Shown in pieces: positions 18,170 through 28,324 of a stretch of 51,921 nt of DNA. The position numbers were made by a program, and so were the translations under genes. Under the pieces are notes generated by a model, which did not search any database, was not told the origin of the DNA, and saw nothing but the letters and a program-made list of their open reading frames with translations. The stretch is taken from contig JBBIGR010000038.1 of assembly GCA_037447435.1 (NCBI GenBank), forward strand, positions 1 to 51,921, in the 5' to 3' direction. The DNA is from Fibrobacteria bacterium (GTDB lineage Bacteria; Fibrobacterota; Chitinivibrionia; Chitinivibrionales; FEN-1185). Positions within the stretch are counted from its first letter, which is position 1. The number at the start of each line of letters is the position of its first letter.

Positions 18170-19634
18170 GCTGCGTCAGTTCCTTATACGCTTCAACAAT
18201 TATCTCTTTGTCGTCGAAATGATGACGAACGCCTTTGATTTCCTGATAATCTTCATGTCCTTTTCCCGCAACAACGATACAATCTTTTGCTTTGGCAGCA
18301 CGCAATGCGGCGCGAATTGCCGCTTTCCGGTCTACTATGATTTGAAAAGGGAAATCGAGCGGCATGCCCTTGGCGACATCGGAAATGATGTCCTCGGGCT
18401 TTTCACTGCGGGGATTATCGGATGTTACAAACGCTTCGTCGCTATGACGCGCAACCGCTTCCGCCATAATCGGTCTTTTTTTCCTGTCGCGGTCGCCGCC
18501 GCAACCGAAAACGCAGAACAGTCTTCCCTGCGTCAGTTTTGCCGCAGTCGACAATACGTTTTCCAACGCATCGGGCGTGTGGGCATAATCCACGAACACG
18601 GAAAACGGCGCATCGAGCGCAACCCTGTCCATCCTTCCCGGTACCGTGGAAATCGAAGCGAAACATGCTTTGACCGTTTCACTATCGATATCAAGCGCTA
18701 CGGCAATTGCGCAGAGAGTCGTCATATTATAAACATTAAATCCGCCTGCCAGCGCACAAGTGAACCGTTGTGCAGGTTTTCCCCGTATCGAAAGCTCTAT
18801 GGTGGTTTGGTTCCACTCACAAAGCGACTTGACAATTCGGACATCGGCTTTTTCATTGACACCGAAGGTCACCACCGTATCGCGTCCCAATTCTTCGACC
18901 AGGCGTTTTCCATATGCATCGTCGATATTGATCACGGCTTTTCCGCGGGGTTTGCGATAATCGGTAAAAAGGAGTTTTTTGGCCTGATAATAGTTTTCCA
19001 TTGACTCATGAAAATCCAAATGGTCCTGAGTCAGATTGGTAAACACCGTGCAATCGTACGACAATCCCGCAATCCGAAACAGGGCCAAGGAATGTGATGA
19101 CGCTTCCATAACGATTGCGGACGGTTTTTGCGCAGCTTCGTATATGTCTTTGAAAATGAGCGAAGCCTCGGGTGTTGTCGTATGCGCGGATTCCGTTTTA
19201 TTCCCTGCCAAGTATTTGATGGTCCCGAACATCCACACGGAAACGGGCGAATACACCTGCGATAACAGCATTTGCGTCAAGTACGCCGTGGTTGTTTTTC
19301 CGTTTGTCCCGGTGATGCCGACCATGGTAATTCCCGATAAATCTATTCCGTAAATCTTTTGCGCGGCAACCCCTAAAACCTGTCTTGCATTTCCGACCTT
19401 TGCCCAAGGAACGGATATGTTCCCGGGATTGTTTTGAGACACCACAGCCGCAGCGCCGTTGGCAAGAGCGTCGGGAATGAACTTGTCGCCATTTGCCGAA
19501 AAACCGCTGATGGCGACAAACAGGCTTCCCGGGCGCACCTCACGCGAATCGCAGGTAATGCTTGACAGGACCGGATTTTCGGTCCCGCCGCTTGCGATGC
19601 AGGGCAGTTCTTGCAACAAGTCAAGCCATTTCAT
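18162..19634 (-). CDS. murE: UDP-N-acetylmuramoyl-L-Ala-D-Glu--meso-DAP ligase
   Basis: TGTNGKTT, DHLDFH, DYAHTPD and the DNPR meso-DAP specificity motif. Confidence 0.98.
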   Translation of the reverse strand: MKWLDLLQELPCIASGGTENPVLSSITCDSREVRPGSLFVAISGFSANGDKFIPDALANGAAAVVSQNNPGNISVPWAKVGNARQVLGVAAQKIYGIDLSGITMVGITGTNGKTTTAYLTQMLLSQVYSPVSVWMFGTIKYLAGNKTESAHTTTPEASLIFKDIYEAAQKPSAIVMEASSHSLALFRIAGLSYDCTVFTNLTQDHLDFHESMENYYQAKKLLFTDYRKPRGKAVINIDDAYGKRLVEELGRDTVVTFGVNEKADVRIVKSLCEWNQTTIELSIRGKPAQRFTCALAGGFNVYNMTTLCAIAVALDIDSETVKACFASISTVPGRMDRVALDAPFSVFVDYAHTPDALENVLSTAAKLTQGRLFCVFGCGGDRDRKKRPIMAEAVARHSDEAFVTSDNPRSEKPEDIISDVAKGMPLDFPFQIIVDRKAAIRAALRAAKAKDCIVVAGKGHEDYQEIKGVRHHFDDKEIIVEAYKELTQHE

Positions 19635-19840
19635 TTTGCGATTTTCCCCGTGCGATTCGTATCTGCAACGATAGACCCGTTTTTATTGTCCCATTTCATG
19701 CGGAATTGAGCAGCGTTTTGTTCAATCCATTTGAGCGCTTTCAGATTAAAACGGGTTGAGCCGGGCTTTACCTGGGGCCCGAGTTCATCGAGCATGACGC
19801 TGATTTCGGCGTCCAAATATTCTTTTAACGTATCTTTCAT
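19631..19840 (-). CDS. Small hypothetical protein (69 aa) inside the dcw operon
   Basis: AAGGAG RBS. Fills the ftsI-murE gap, and its stop overlaps the murE start (ATGA). Confidence 0.75.
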   Translation of the reverse strand: MKDTLKEYLDAEISVMLDELGPQVKPGSTRFNLKALKWIEQNAAQFRMKWDNKNGSIVADTNRTGKIAK

Positions 19841-19861
19841 ATCACACTCCTTTTATCCCGG

Positions 19862-21898
19862 TTATTGCCCGTTCTTTGCAATATTGAAAGAACAAAACAG
19901 CGTGCATCGTTCTGCATGCTGCACCAAAGCCCCAACAGGAGGCATTTGACGTTGCACAAAACCGGTACCGAAAACACAAGGGACAAGGCCGCGTAAATTC
20001 ACGCTATTGATCGCATCACGGAGGTCTTTACCGCGGCAATCGGGCATGCTCGATGCCGACGCATTCGCGCCGACGCCATTCGCATTTGTATACAGGACAA
20101 GTTTTGCGTCGGCATGAATCGTTTCGCCGGCTTTAGGCAACTGACTGTCGATAACGGCGCCGCAACCGATTACCTCGAAGGCAATACCCTCGTTCGACAA
20201 TGCGCTTTGCGCGCGCGAGAGCGGCATACCGGTCAATTGCGGAACGGATCGTACATTCTGCGCGTCCGTCTGCGCGTCTGTCAGCGCGTCAACGGATTTA
20301 TCAAGGCGCGCTTCTTTTGTTTTTGCCGCAATCGCATGCATAGAATCGGCCCCGGAAAGCATTCGTTCGGCATAATGCAGTTGCGGATGCGAAATTATCT
20401 GGCTCATTATTTTTGCGAATGCGGGAGCCGCGGCCGTCCCTCCCATTTCGCCGCGAAGCGGTTCGTCTATAAGAACCGCGCAAAGCAATTGCGGATTTTG
20501 AGGGGGCGAAAAACCGATGAAAGATGCCCAGCCCCGCGTATTTGAATACGTGCCTGTCGCTTTATCGATTTTCTGTGCGGTCCCGGTTTTCCCCGCGATG
20601 ACGATACCTTGCACCGCCGCCTTGACGCCGGTTCCTCTTTTGACAACTTCGGCCATCATGGATTTTACCTGCATAGCGACCGAAGCGGGCACGACCCTGC
20701 GTATGGGACGGAATTCACTGCTGTCTATTATCGCCCCGCCCGACGATACGACGCGATCGAATATGCGGGGTTCGCACAACACGCCGTCGTTTGCAATGGC
20801 CGCATAGACGGTTGCCATTTGTAAAAGTGTCACCGATACTTCCTGGCCAATAGCCATGGTCACGAGCGTCCGGCCCGACCATTTGTCGACCGGATGAACG
20901 ACGCCGCATTCTTCTCCGGGAAGCTGTATGCCGGTCCGGTCGCCAAGTCCGAAATCACGGGTATATTTATACAACCGTTCGTTCCCTATAGCGGTTGCAA
21001 TTTTGGCAAAACAAACATTGCTGGAATAGGCAAAGGCATCGGTAAACGAAATTTTGCCGTATGGTTTTTCATCACGGATTTTTTCATCGCAAATTTCATA
21101 GACGCCATGGTTTCCGTCCAAGGAATCGTTTTCCTTTTTAACGTGTTCCGCAAGCGCGCATGAAGCGGTCAGCGCTTTAAACGTTGAGCCGGGTTCATAC
21201 GTATACCCGACGCATTTGTTGCTGCGTTGCTCAAGCGAATAGCGGTTCGCCATGTTCGGATTGAAGGACGGCTCGTTGACCATTGCCAATATTTTCCCAG
21301 TAGACGGTTCCATGACAATACACATGCCGCCTTTTGCCGAAAGGTTTTGCACTGTTTGCCGAACAACGTTTTCGGCAATTTTTTGAATATCGACGTTAAT
21401 TGTCAGATACACATCGCAGCCCGGAACCGGTTCTTTTTTCGGCAAATTCATGGTCGGATATTTTTTATTTCTGCCGTCGCGCATCATAATCGTCCAGCCG
21501 TTTTCGCCTTTTAAATATTTGTCGAAATAAAATTCCGTGCCGCCCAATCCGTCGCCGTCTTTGCCGACATACCCAAGCACCGCACCGGCAGCTTCACCGA
21601 ACGGATATACCCGTTTGAGCAACACCGATTCAGTGGCAGAATCTTTTAAACCGTCACCGCCCATTTGCGATACCGACATCCGCATATTTCCGCCGATACT
21701 CGACGAAAGCACCCTCCCTTGACAATCGCGGATATCTCCCCGGCGCGCGGTAATGAGCACCCGTTGCTGGGCCTGCTTGTCGCTTTCCATTGAATATTCG
21801 CTGCCGCGTATCACCTGAATGTCGAACAATCGCCAAACAATTGCTGCGCAAAAAAGCGCAAGCCCGACAGTCACCGCGATCATCCGATTATGAAACAT
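19862..21898 (-). CDS. ftsI: Class B PBP (FtsI/PBP3-like) with two C-terminal PASTA domains
   Basis: STFK, SSN and KTGT motifs; VPQLTGM and MPDCRGK PASTA starts. Confidence 0.93.
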   Translation of the reverse strand: MFHNRMIAVTVGLALFCAAIVWRLFDIQVIRGSEYSMESDKQAQQRVLITARRGDIRDCQGRVLSSSIGGNMRMSVSQMGGDGLKDSATESVLLKRVYPFGEAAGAVLGYVGKDGDGLGGTEFYFDKYLKGENGWTIMMRDGRNKKYPTMNLPKKEPVPGCDVYLTINVDIQKIAENVVRQTVQNLSAKGGMCIVMEPSTGKILAMVNEPSFNPNMANRYSLEQRSNKCVGYTYEPGSTFKALTASCALAEHVKKENDSLDGNHGVYEICDEKIRDEKPYGKISFTDAFAYSSNVCFAKIATAIGNERLYKYTRDFGLGDRTGIQLPGEECGVVHPVDKWSGRTLVTMAIGQEVSVTLLQMATVYAAIANDGVLCEPRIFDRVVSSGGAIIDSSEFRPIRRVVPASVAMQVKSMMAEVVKRGTGVKAAVQGIVIAGKTGTAQKIDKATGTYSNTRGWASFIGFSPPQNPQLLCAVLIDEPLRGEMGGTAAAPAFAKIMSQIISHPQLHYAERMLSGADSMHAIAAKTKEARLDKSVDALTDAQTDAQNVRSVPQLTGMPLSRAQSALSNEGIAFEVIGCGAVIDSQLPKAGETIHADAKLVLYTNANGVGANASASSMPDCRGKDLRDAINSVNLRGLVPCVFGTGFVQRQMPPVGALVQHAERCTLFCSFNIAKNGQ

Positions 21899-22335
21899 TA
21901 TCCACGCTCCCGGGAAAATGTCCGTCGGAAAAACGCCATAAAACCCTGACGGGGTTCTTTGCGGTCCGCATTGCGTTTATGCTCTCGCACCAGTACGATT
22001 TGTTCGGAAGTCGGATAATCGAGGCCAAGAGCTCCTTTTGCGATGGTCTCGATTCGCTGCACATTGGCAAGCCGCTCATTATACAAACGCAATCCGGCAG
22101 CCTCTCGCGACAAAACGATAAGACTGTCGGCAAGCGCGCTTTGCCTAACCGATACATTGGTGATGTAAATTTGCTTCCACACCATAAACATCGGCAGCGA
22201 GATGAACAAAACGACGCAAACAACGCCGATGATCAATTGTCTCAGTTTCAATACGGGAGCCTGCGAGGCGAAATCCTGTTGCTTCGTTTTCGATTCCCTG
22301 GCGAATCTGTTTTTCGACTGTTCGGTTCGCATCAT
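21898..22335 (-). CDS. ftsL: Cell division protein FtsL-like
   Basis: Single TM plus coiled coil ending RIETIAKGALGL, located between rsmH and ftsI. Confidence 0.8.
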   Translation of the reverse strand: MMRTEQSKNRFARESKTKQQDFASQAPVLKLRQLIIGVVCVVLFISLPMFMVWKQIYITNVSVRQSALADSLIVLSREAAGLRLYNERLANVQRIETIAKGALGLDYPTSEQIVLVREHKRNADRKEPRQGFMAFFRRTFSRERG

Positions 22336-23282
22336 ATCAGCCCCCCTACCTTTTCCACAATTCGCAGTTTAGCGCTGCGACTGCGGGAATTACCCTGAAT
22401 TTCCGCATCGGTAGGAACAATGACTTTTCTGTTTATTCGCTTAACAACTGCTTTTCCATTGCAAATGCAATAAGGAATCCGTGGCGGACAAACACAGGAT
22501 TGCTCCTTACTTCTAAAGAAATTCTTGACGATGCGGTCTTCGAGAGAGTGATAGGATATGACTGCGAGCCGTCCGCCGATGTTTAACGATTTTAACGATC
22601 CTTCAAGGCATTCTGAAATTTCGTTGAGCTCATTGTTTACCGCGATGCGGATTGCCTGAAAAACCTTTGAAATAATTTTAATGGGAAGGTTGGGACCGTA
22701 TTCCGCAGTGAGGCAGGCACGCAAATCATTTGAGGTTTCTAAAGTATGAGAAGCTGCATACGCTTTTATTGTCTTGGCCATACGGGATGCATTATTTATT
22801 TCGCCGAATGACGACAGCACTCGTGAAAGCTCGTCTTCATCGCAATTCCGGATGAATTGGGCGGCAGTCTCGCCGTGAGACTGATCCATACGCATATCTA
22901 ACGATGAATTCTGCATATAGGAAAAACCCCGTTTTGCCTCGTCGATCTGATGAGACGAAACCCCAAGGTCTAAAAGAATTCCATCGACACCGTTTATTGC
23001 ATTTTCCAAGAGTATCCGGTTAATTTGGGAAAACGGCGATTGTATCAGAACCACTTTGCACCTCGAACCTTTTATGAGTTCTTTGCAAAACGCGATCGCT
23101 TGAGAATCTCTGTCTATTCCGACTGCGCATCCTTTTTCGCTTAATTTGGCAACGATATTCTTGAAATGGCCGCCGCCGCCAAGCGTAGCATCGACATAGA
23201 CACCATCGGGCCGTATGGCCAATGCATCAATACATTCCGCAAGCAGCACGGGAACATGATAGCTTTGGCGATCAGCGATCAA
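22332..23282 (-). CDS. rsmH: 16S rRNA m4C1402 methyltransferase RsmH (MraW)
   Basis: HVPVLL, DATLGGGGH, DLGVSSHQID, SYHSLEDRIVK and RSRSAKLR motifs. Confidence 0.98.
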   Translation of the reverse strand: MIADRQSYHVPVLLAECIDALAIRPDGVYVDATLGGGGHFKNIVAKLSEKGCAVGIDRDSQAIAFCKELIKGSRCKVVLIQSPFSQINRILLENAINGVDGILLDLGVSSHQIDEAKRGFSYMQNSSLDMRMDQSHGETAAQFIRNCDEDELSRVLSSFGEINNASRMAKTIKAYAASHTLETSNDLRACLTAEYGPNLPIKIISKVFQAIRIAVNNELNEISECLEGSLKSLNIGGRLAVISYHSLEDRIVKNFFRSKEQSCVCPPRIPYCICNGKAVVKRINRKVIVPTDAEIQGNSRSRSAKLRIVEKVGGLI

Positions 23283-23731
23283 TTTTTTTTCACTCCGGAC
23301 TCAACGGATTTGAAAAAAACCTCATCGAAATCCTCTTGATTGCCCACATACTCGTTGAAACGGGCTGTGTCCCAGAGCTCTATATAACCGTATTGGCCGA
23401 TCAAGGTGACTTCTTTAGAAAGTCCCGCCATTTCCATTTGCAAACCGGTCAAGGTGATGCGTCCCTGTGCGTCGAGCGTTGATTCGGCAAGAGTATTGTA
23501 CACAAGGCGCTGGTGGCGAAGCGTTTCCGGGGTTTGGGGGCGGCTTGACAATTCGTCTTCGTATTTGTTCCAAATATCCTGAGCATAGGCCCGCAGGCAA
23601 CCGTTGGGAGCCCGACAAATTACAAACGTCTCGCTTGCTTCAGGAGAAAGGGCCTTCCTGAATTTGGCCGGAATATTCAACCGGCCTTTTGCGTCGAGCG
23701 TGTAATCGAATCTGCCTCTGAATCGGGACAT
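23279..23731 (-). CDS. mraZ: Division/cell-wall cluster transcriptional repressor MraZ
   Basis: Two DxxGR motifs (LDAKGR, LDAQGR) and IELWD. Confidence 0.97.
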   Translation of the reverse strand: MSRFRGRFDYTLDAKGRLNIPAKFRKALSPEASETFVICRAPNGCLRAYAQDIWNKYEDELSSRPQTPETLRHQRLVYNTLAESTLDAQGRITLTGLQMEMAGLSKEVTLIGQYGYIELWDTARFNEYVGNQEDFDEVFFKSVESGVKKN

Positions 23732-23735
23732 TGGT

Positions 23736-23772
23736 CTCCCACTTTCTCCCACTTTTACCTACTATACCCCAT
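23736..23772 (-). promoter_or_regulatory. MraZ-binding direct repeats
   Basis: Minus strand ATGGG, GTAGG, GTGGG, GTGGG at an exact 10-bp period directly upstream of mraZ. Confidence 0.85.
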
Positions 23773-23773
23773 T

Positions 23774-23803
23774 AGAATACTTTATTTATAGATTAGATGT
23801 CAA
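23774..23803 (-). promoter_or_regulatory. Sigma70-type dcw (Pmra) promoter
   Basis: Minus strand TTGACA-18 bp-TATTCT immediately upstream of the MraZ boxes. Confidence 0.65.
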
Positions 23804-24027
23804 GTTTTTTTTGCCGGTAATTCTTTGATTTTCCATAGGAGGATATGCGTACAAAGCGAAAAAAACGCCTAAAACCCTACTAATAGTATCCCGGAATCGC
23901 AAAGACACAACCGGCAGGGTGATTACGAGACAAAGCGGCAGAAACGCGAATTTTTATGCCCATGGCACAAAAAAACAACCTGTCTCACCGAGGATTAATT
24001 GACTAATAAGATTGAGGGCGCGCGGGT

Positions 24028-24576
24028 TCAATTCAATTCGGAAGCGTTAAATTCCCTGGTATCGTCCAATGTCGAGGATTTGAACAACCGGGTATCTTCG
24101 TAGAGGTTCATATTCATTTCGATATGCTCTTTTCCGTACGATGTTCCCGCAGGTTGCGACGGAACTTCGGGCGTTGCCGCAGCTGCCTTGCTTTGTATGG
24201 ATTTTACTTTTGCCCTGAGAGAATAATTTTCACTGATGACGATATCATATTCCTTATGCAAATCACGCAATTTTGAACGGAGTTTTTCTATTTCGTCGTT
24301 GTACGTGCTGTTTTCGGTCTGGTATTTGCCGATTACGGCTTGTTGGTCGGTAAGGGCTTTGTTGATTGACGAGATCGTCGATTCGAATTCGCTCAGGCGT
24401 TGTTCGGTTGACTTTTGCGCCGCCAAAAAGCGGGTGTCGCCGAACCGTTTTTTTTCGGGATACAACCCGGGCGGCGGCATCTGAGGTTTTTTTTGAATGT
24501 GGTATAACAAAAAAACAACGAATATTGCGATAGCAAGTACGGGAATTATATAAAGAATTTCTATGGGCATTATCAT
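24028..24576 (-). CDS. Hypothetical membrane-anchored coiled-coil protein
   Basis: GAGG RBS near ATG 24576/24570, an N-terminal TM helix and a long heptad-rich segment. Confidence 0.75.
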   Translation of the reverse strand: MIMPIEILYIIPVLAIAIFVVFLLYHIQKKPQMPPPGLYPEKKRFGDTRFLAAQKSTEQRLSEFESTISSINKALTDQQAVIGKYQTENSTYNDEIEKLRSKLRDLHKEYDIVISENYSLRAKVKSIQSKAAAATPEVPSQPAGTSYGKEHIEMNMNLYEDTRLFKSSTLDDTREFNASELN

Positions 24577-24703
24577 CCTCGTGAAAATGAGCTTAAAAAA
24601 TAAATATAACATTTCTGCAAAAAAAATACGCTTACGAACATTGTTTTTTTTATTTTCAATGGTCGCCCTCGTCATTACGCTAAAACATTAAGGAGCAAAA
24701 GCA

Positions 24704-26044
24704 ATGATAGAACTTCCTATTATGACAGTGTCCGGCATACGCGGAATTGTTGGAAAAACCTTGACCGAATCCTTTTGTTATACTATTGCCTACCTGCAAA
24801 CCAAAAGAGCCGGCGGCGGAACAATCGTCGTTTCCCGCGACACAAGACCGTCCGGCCCGATGATTGCCAATGCCATCAAACACGGTATTATTGCCGCGGG
24901 CGGAACGCCTATTGATATCGGCATTGCGCCAACACCAACAGCCTGTGTTGCCGTCGCCCATTACGGTGCAAATAGCGGCGTAATGATAACGGCAAGCCAT
25001 AATCCGCACCCGTACAACGGCTATAAAATGATACACGCAAGCGGTCGATTATTTACCGGGACCGAATGTGATTCGGTATACTCGGATTTTAAAGCCGGCG
25101 GCGTCATGGAAATGCCCACATATCCTGTCGATGAAAAAAAAGTGCAATACGCCGACGCGGTGACGCCTCATATCCAACGAATACTTGGAGCAGTGGATGT
25201 CCAAAGAATTCGAAACGCTAAAATTTCGATCGCGGTGGATTCGATTAATGGTTCCGCCGGTGTAATTTTCCCGAAATTGCTGGCGGAACTCGGTGTCAAA
25301 TGGGTAGGCGTTCACAATAAACTCGATGGAGATTTTGTCCATAACCCGGAACCGAGACCCGAACACCTCGGCGATCTTTCCGCATTGCTTGCAAAAACGC
25401 CGGGGCTTGTGGGCGGATTCGTATTTGATCCCGACGCGGACCGGCTTGCACTTATGGGCGAACACGGCGAAGCCGTTACCGAAGAACTCACGCTCGTATT
25501 GGCATTACAAACGATACTTGCCAAACACAAGTCTCCCATCGCGACAAACCTGTCGACGTCTATGATGGTTGATGATGTAGCAAAAAAATTCAAGGTGCCG
25601 GTTATCAGATCAAAAATCGGAGAAGCCAATGTGGTAGAAGCAATGAAAAAGAACAATTGCGATGTTGGCGGAGAAGGAAACGGCGGCGTTATTTTCCCTG
25701 CGGTTTCCACGGTGCGTGACGGACTTTTAGGATTGGCCCTTATCTGCGAATTGTGCGCGACAACGGGAAAAGCAATCATGCAACTGGCATCTCAATGGCC
25801 GACCTATGCGATAGTAAAGGATAAAATCCCCGTCAGCATCGACCCGAAAATCGTTATCGCGAAATTGACGGATTTATTTTCTCACGAATCAATCGATGTG
25901 CAGGACGGGTTAAAAATTATCACCGATAACGGTTGGGTCCATATACGCCCGTCGAATACCGAACCTATCATCCGCTGCTATGCCGAAGCCCTGACACAAT
26001 CCAGAGCTCGGGAACTCGCAGACATGGTTATGTCGAAAGTCTGA
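24704..26044 (+). CDS. Alpha-D-phosphohexomutase (phosphoglucosamine mutase / PMM family)
   Basis: TASHNP phosphoserine loop, DPDADR metal loop, GGEGNGG and RPSNTEP. Confidence 0.93.
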   Translation: MIELPIMTVSGIRGIVGKTLTESFCYTIAYLQTKRAGGGTIVVSRDTRPSGPMIANAIKHGIIAAGGTPIDIGIAPTPTACVAVAHYGANSGVMITASHNPHPYNGYKMIHASGRLFTGTECDSVYSDFKAGGVMEMPTYPVDEKKVQYADAVTPHIQRILGAVDVQRIRNAKISIAVDSINGSAGVIFPKLLAELGVKWVGVHNKLDGDFVHNPEPRPEHLGDLSALLAKTPGLVGGFVFDPDADRLALMGEHGEAVTEELTLVLALQTILAKHKSPIATNLSTSMMVDDVAKKFKVPVIRSKIGEANVVEAMKKNNCDVGGEGNGGVIFPAVSTVRDGLLGLALICELCATTGKAIMQLASQWPTYAIVKDKIPVSIDPKIVIAKLTDLFSHESIDVQDGLKIITDNGWVHIRPSNTEPIIRCYAEALTQSRARELADMVMSKV

Positions 26045-26149
26045 TGCAAAACCGTGAATGGCTTGCGAAAATGAGAGCCATAAATGTATCTTAACAGGAT
26101 ACAGGGAGATTCTTTCGGGTTTTAATGGGGGTTATTCAAGGGAGATTCG

Positions 26150-27451
26150 ATGTATTGGCGGAAACCGTGCCGCAGTATTTTTTGCGGCACAGTAATTCTG
26201 ATTAGTGTAACTATGGCCTTTTCACGTCCGGTGATTGGCCAAGCTACAATCAAACTTACCAAACCGGCCAATCAGGAAACCGTAAACCAGCTCAGGGACA
26301 ATGCCTACAAATCGTTTAAAACCGATTTATGGGAATGGATGAAAGAGGAAGCGGACGTCACTGTCGATACTTCCAACACCATTCAACGGTATCATTTTCA
26401 AGCATTTGCGGATTCCTGTTTTTCTCGTTTGGAATCCAAACCTCTCCGGTCCGGATACGATATGTCAATCACCTTCGCCATCCCCGGCGAAGATGCACGG
26501 GCGCTGCTGGAAGCGTATAATACCCGTTGTTATGGAATTTCGCTACGCTACTATACGATCATGAAAACCGCTTTGGAAAATAATGCGGTGAATGATTTAT
26601 TCAATGCGGGAATTCAGACGATTTTTTATACAATGGGACGAATGGGAACGCCGATCGATATGCCCGATGAATCGACACCCCGATCGTTTTTGCTCGAAGA
26701 CTCCCGAAAAATAATGCAAAATTTCTTTAACAAATTCACGGTACGCGCCCAGGACGTTCTGATTAATGGCAAGGCAGGTACAATGCTTGCCAATCCGCTC
26801 ACGGTCACCGTGCTTATCGATACCGTACCCCTAACGGATATCACCCTTATCGGAACATTGCCCAACGGCTCGACACTTTGCACGAGCAAAAGCGGAAGCG
26901 ACGGCGTCGTGGCATTTACAAAATTCAAAATCCCCTTTGTCGCACGGGGAACGATGTTGTATTTTAAGCCCGATGTTTCGATGATGTTGCCGGGTGTTCC
27001 GAGGTTTGAGGCGCACGACCTCGGTTTGATGCTTCCTGAGCAAACATTGGTCTTTAATGTGGTTCCGCCGAGTTATTCCCTTACCTACAAAGTCAATTCG
27101 GCAAATTCGATCCCTATTCCAAAAGATTTTGCCAGCGACGCGTATGTAAAAAAGTATTTAAAAGATTCTTGCTATCTTGCGCCGGTTGCGCCGGCACAGC
27201 AGCCCGACCTTTACATTTCGATCACGACCCAAATTTCGAGTTATTCGCATGATGAAACAGAACAAACTGTCCGTAAAGTTGAAAACGATATTGAAATATC
27301 GGATTCCGAAAAAAAATCCCTCGTAAAAAAACAGGCGGTTGCGTTTGAAAAAGCGTATGAAAACGCAACGGCTGTCCCCGAAGGTCTTTTTTTCTGGGAA
27401 GCGGCGGGAAAGTCGCTCCATATGATCAAAGCCCTTATCTCCGGCATGTGA
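26150..27451 (+). CDS. Hypothetical exported protein
   Basis: 433-aa ORF with a GGGAG RBS and signal-peptide-like N-terminus; no family recognised. Confidence 0.75.
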   Translation: MYWRKPCRSIFCGTVILISVTMAFSRPVIGQATIKLTKPANQETVNQLRDNAYKSFKTDLWEWMKEEADVTVDTSNTIQRYHFQAFADSCFSRLESKPLRSGYDMSITFAIPGEDARALLEAYNTRCYGISLRYYTIMKTALENNAVNDLFNAGIQTIFYTMGRMGTPIDMPDESTPRSFLLEDSRKIMQNFFNKFTVRAQDVLINGKAGTMLANPLTVTVLIDTVPLTDITLIGTLPNGSTLCTSKSGSDGVVAFTKFKIPFVARGTMLYFKPDVSMMLPGVPRFEAHDLGLMLPEQTLVFNVVPPSYSLTYKVNSANSIPIPKDFASDAYVKKYLKDSCYLAPVAPAQQPDLYISITTQISSYSHDETEQTVRKVENDIEISDSEKKSLVKKQAVAFEKAYENATAVPEGLFFWEAAGKSLHMIKALISGM

Positions 27452-27464
27452 TCCAACAATAGTA

Positions 27465-28307
27465 TCAATCAAACAATTTCTTATTGCAACCGAAAAGGCT
27501 GTCGCGAGGAGGAAGAGTCAAACTATCGGGAATGCATTGCCTGGCCCTGTCGAAAAACCATTCCGCTTTTGGTTTATCACCGTTGCACGCATACACGGTA
27601 ACGGCGGTAAGTAAAACCCTGAACCTGTCGAACCGCAAACCGGTCTTATCGCCATAGATCAGCGCCTGGGATATAAGCCGGCACGCTTCATCAAAATCGC
27701 CGTAATACGCGTAAACCCTGCTTTGCGCAAGACACATTTGTACGGCGCCGTGCCACGAGTGCTGCTTGACATACAATTCATTCGCTTCGTTGAAATATGC
27801 GAGCGCTTCCTTACTGTGGTCCCGTGCCCATATCAAATGCCCGTGAACCATGAGCCAGAATGTTTTTTCCTCCGTTTTTCGAGGAGTAATAACGCCTTTC
27901 CGGTACCAGGTAAACGCGCTGTCTTGATTACGGCCCGCACTGAGCGACAACGCCGCATAGCCGGCGGCTTGACGGGCCTCGTTGTCTTTTTTCGAAAGAA
28001 TAAAATACCGATGAGCTTCACAAAAACATGCGGTGGCGCTGTCGTATTTTCCAAGCTCATAAAAACTTCTGCCGATGTTAAATTCGTATAATGCAACTTG
28101 CTCGGGAATATCGTGGCTTTTTGCCCGTGAAAGGGCACGGCGGTAAAACTCCAGAGCTGTCGCGATTTTCCCCTCGACGAACAGTTCGTAGGCGCGGGTG
28201 CCGTACACGTATCCGTCGTACCAATACGGCGGTTTGTTTTTAAGCGGATTTGCGCAGGAGAACGCAAAAGCGGCAATTAACATGGTAGAAAGCCAGAGCG
28301 CTTTCAT
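27465..28307 (-). CDS. TPR-repeat lipoprotein
   Basis: Lipobox FAFSC; TPR-like helices (ALEFYRRAL, NIGRSFYELGKYDSA, ALAYFNEA). Confidence 0.8.
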   Translation of the reverse strand: MKALWLSTMLIAAFAFSCANPLKNKPPYWYDGYVYGTRAYELFVEGKIATALEFYRRALSRAKSHDIPEQVALYEFNIGRSFYELGKYDSATACFCEAHRYFILSKKDNEARQAAGYAALSLSAGRNQDSAFTWYRKGVITPRKTEEKTFWLMVHGHLIWARDHSKEALAYFNEANELYVKQHSWHGAVQMCLAQSRVYAYYGDFDEACRLISQALIYGDKTGLRFDRFRVLLTAVTVYACNGDKPKAEWFFDRARQCIPDSLTLPPRDSLFGCNKKLFD

Positions 28308-28324
28308 GCTGATTTACTCCGTAG

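Noticed and set aside
18153..19004. 283-aa plus-strand ORF
   Set aside because: Antisense shadow of murE.
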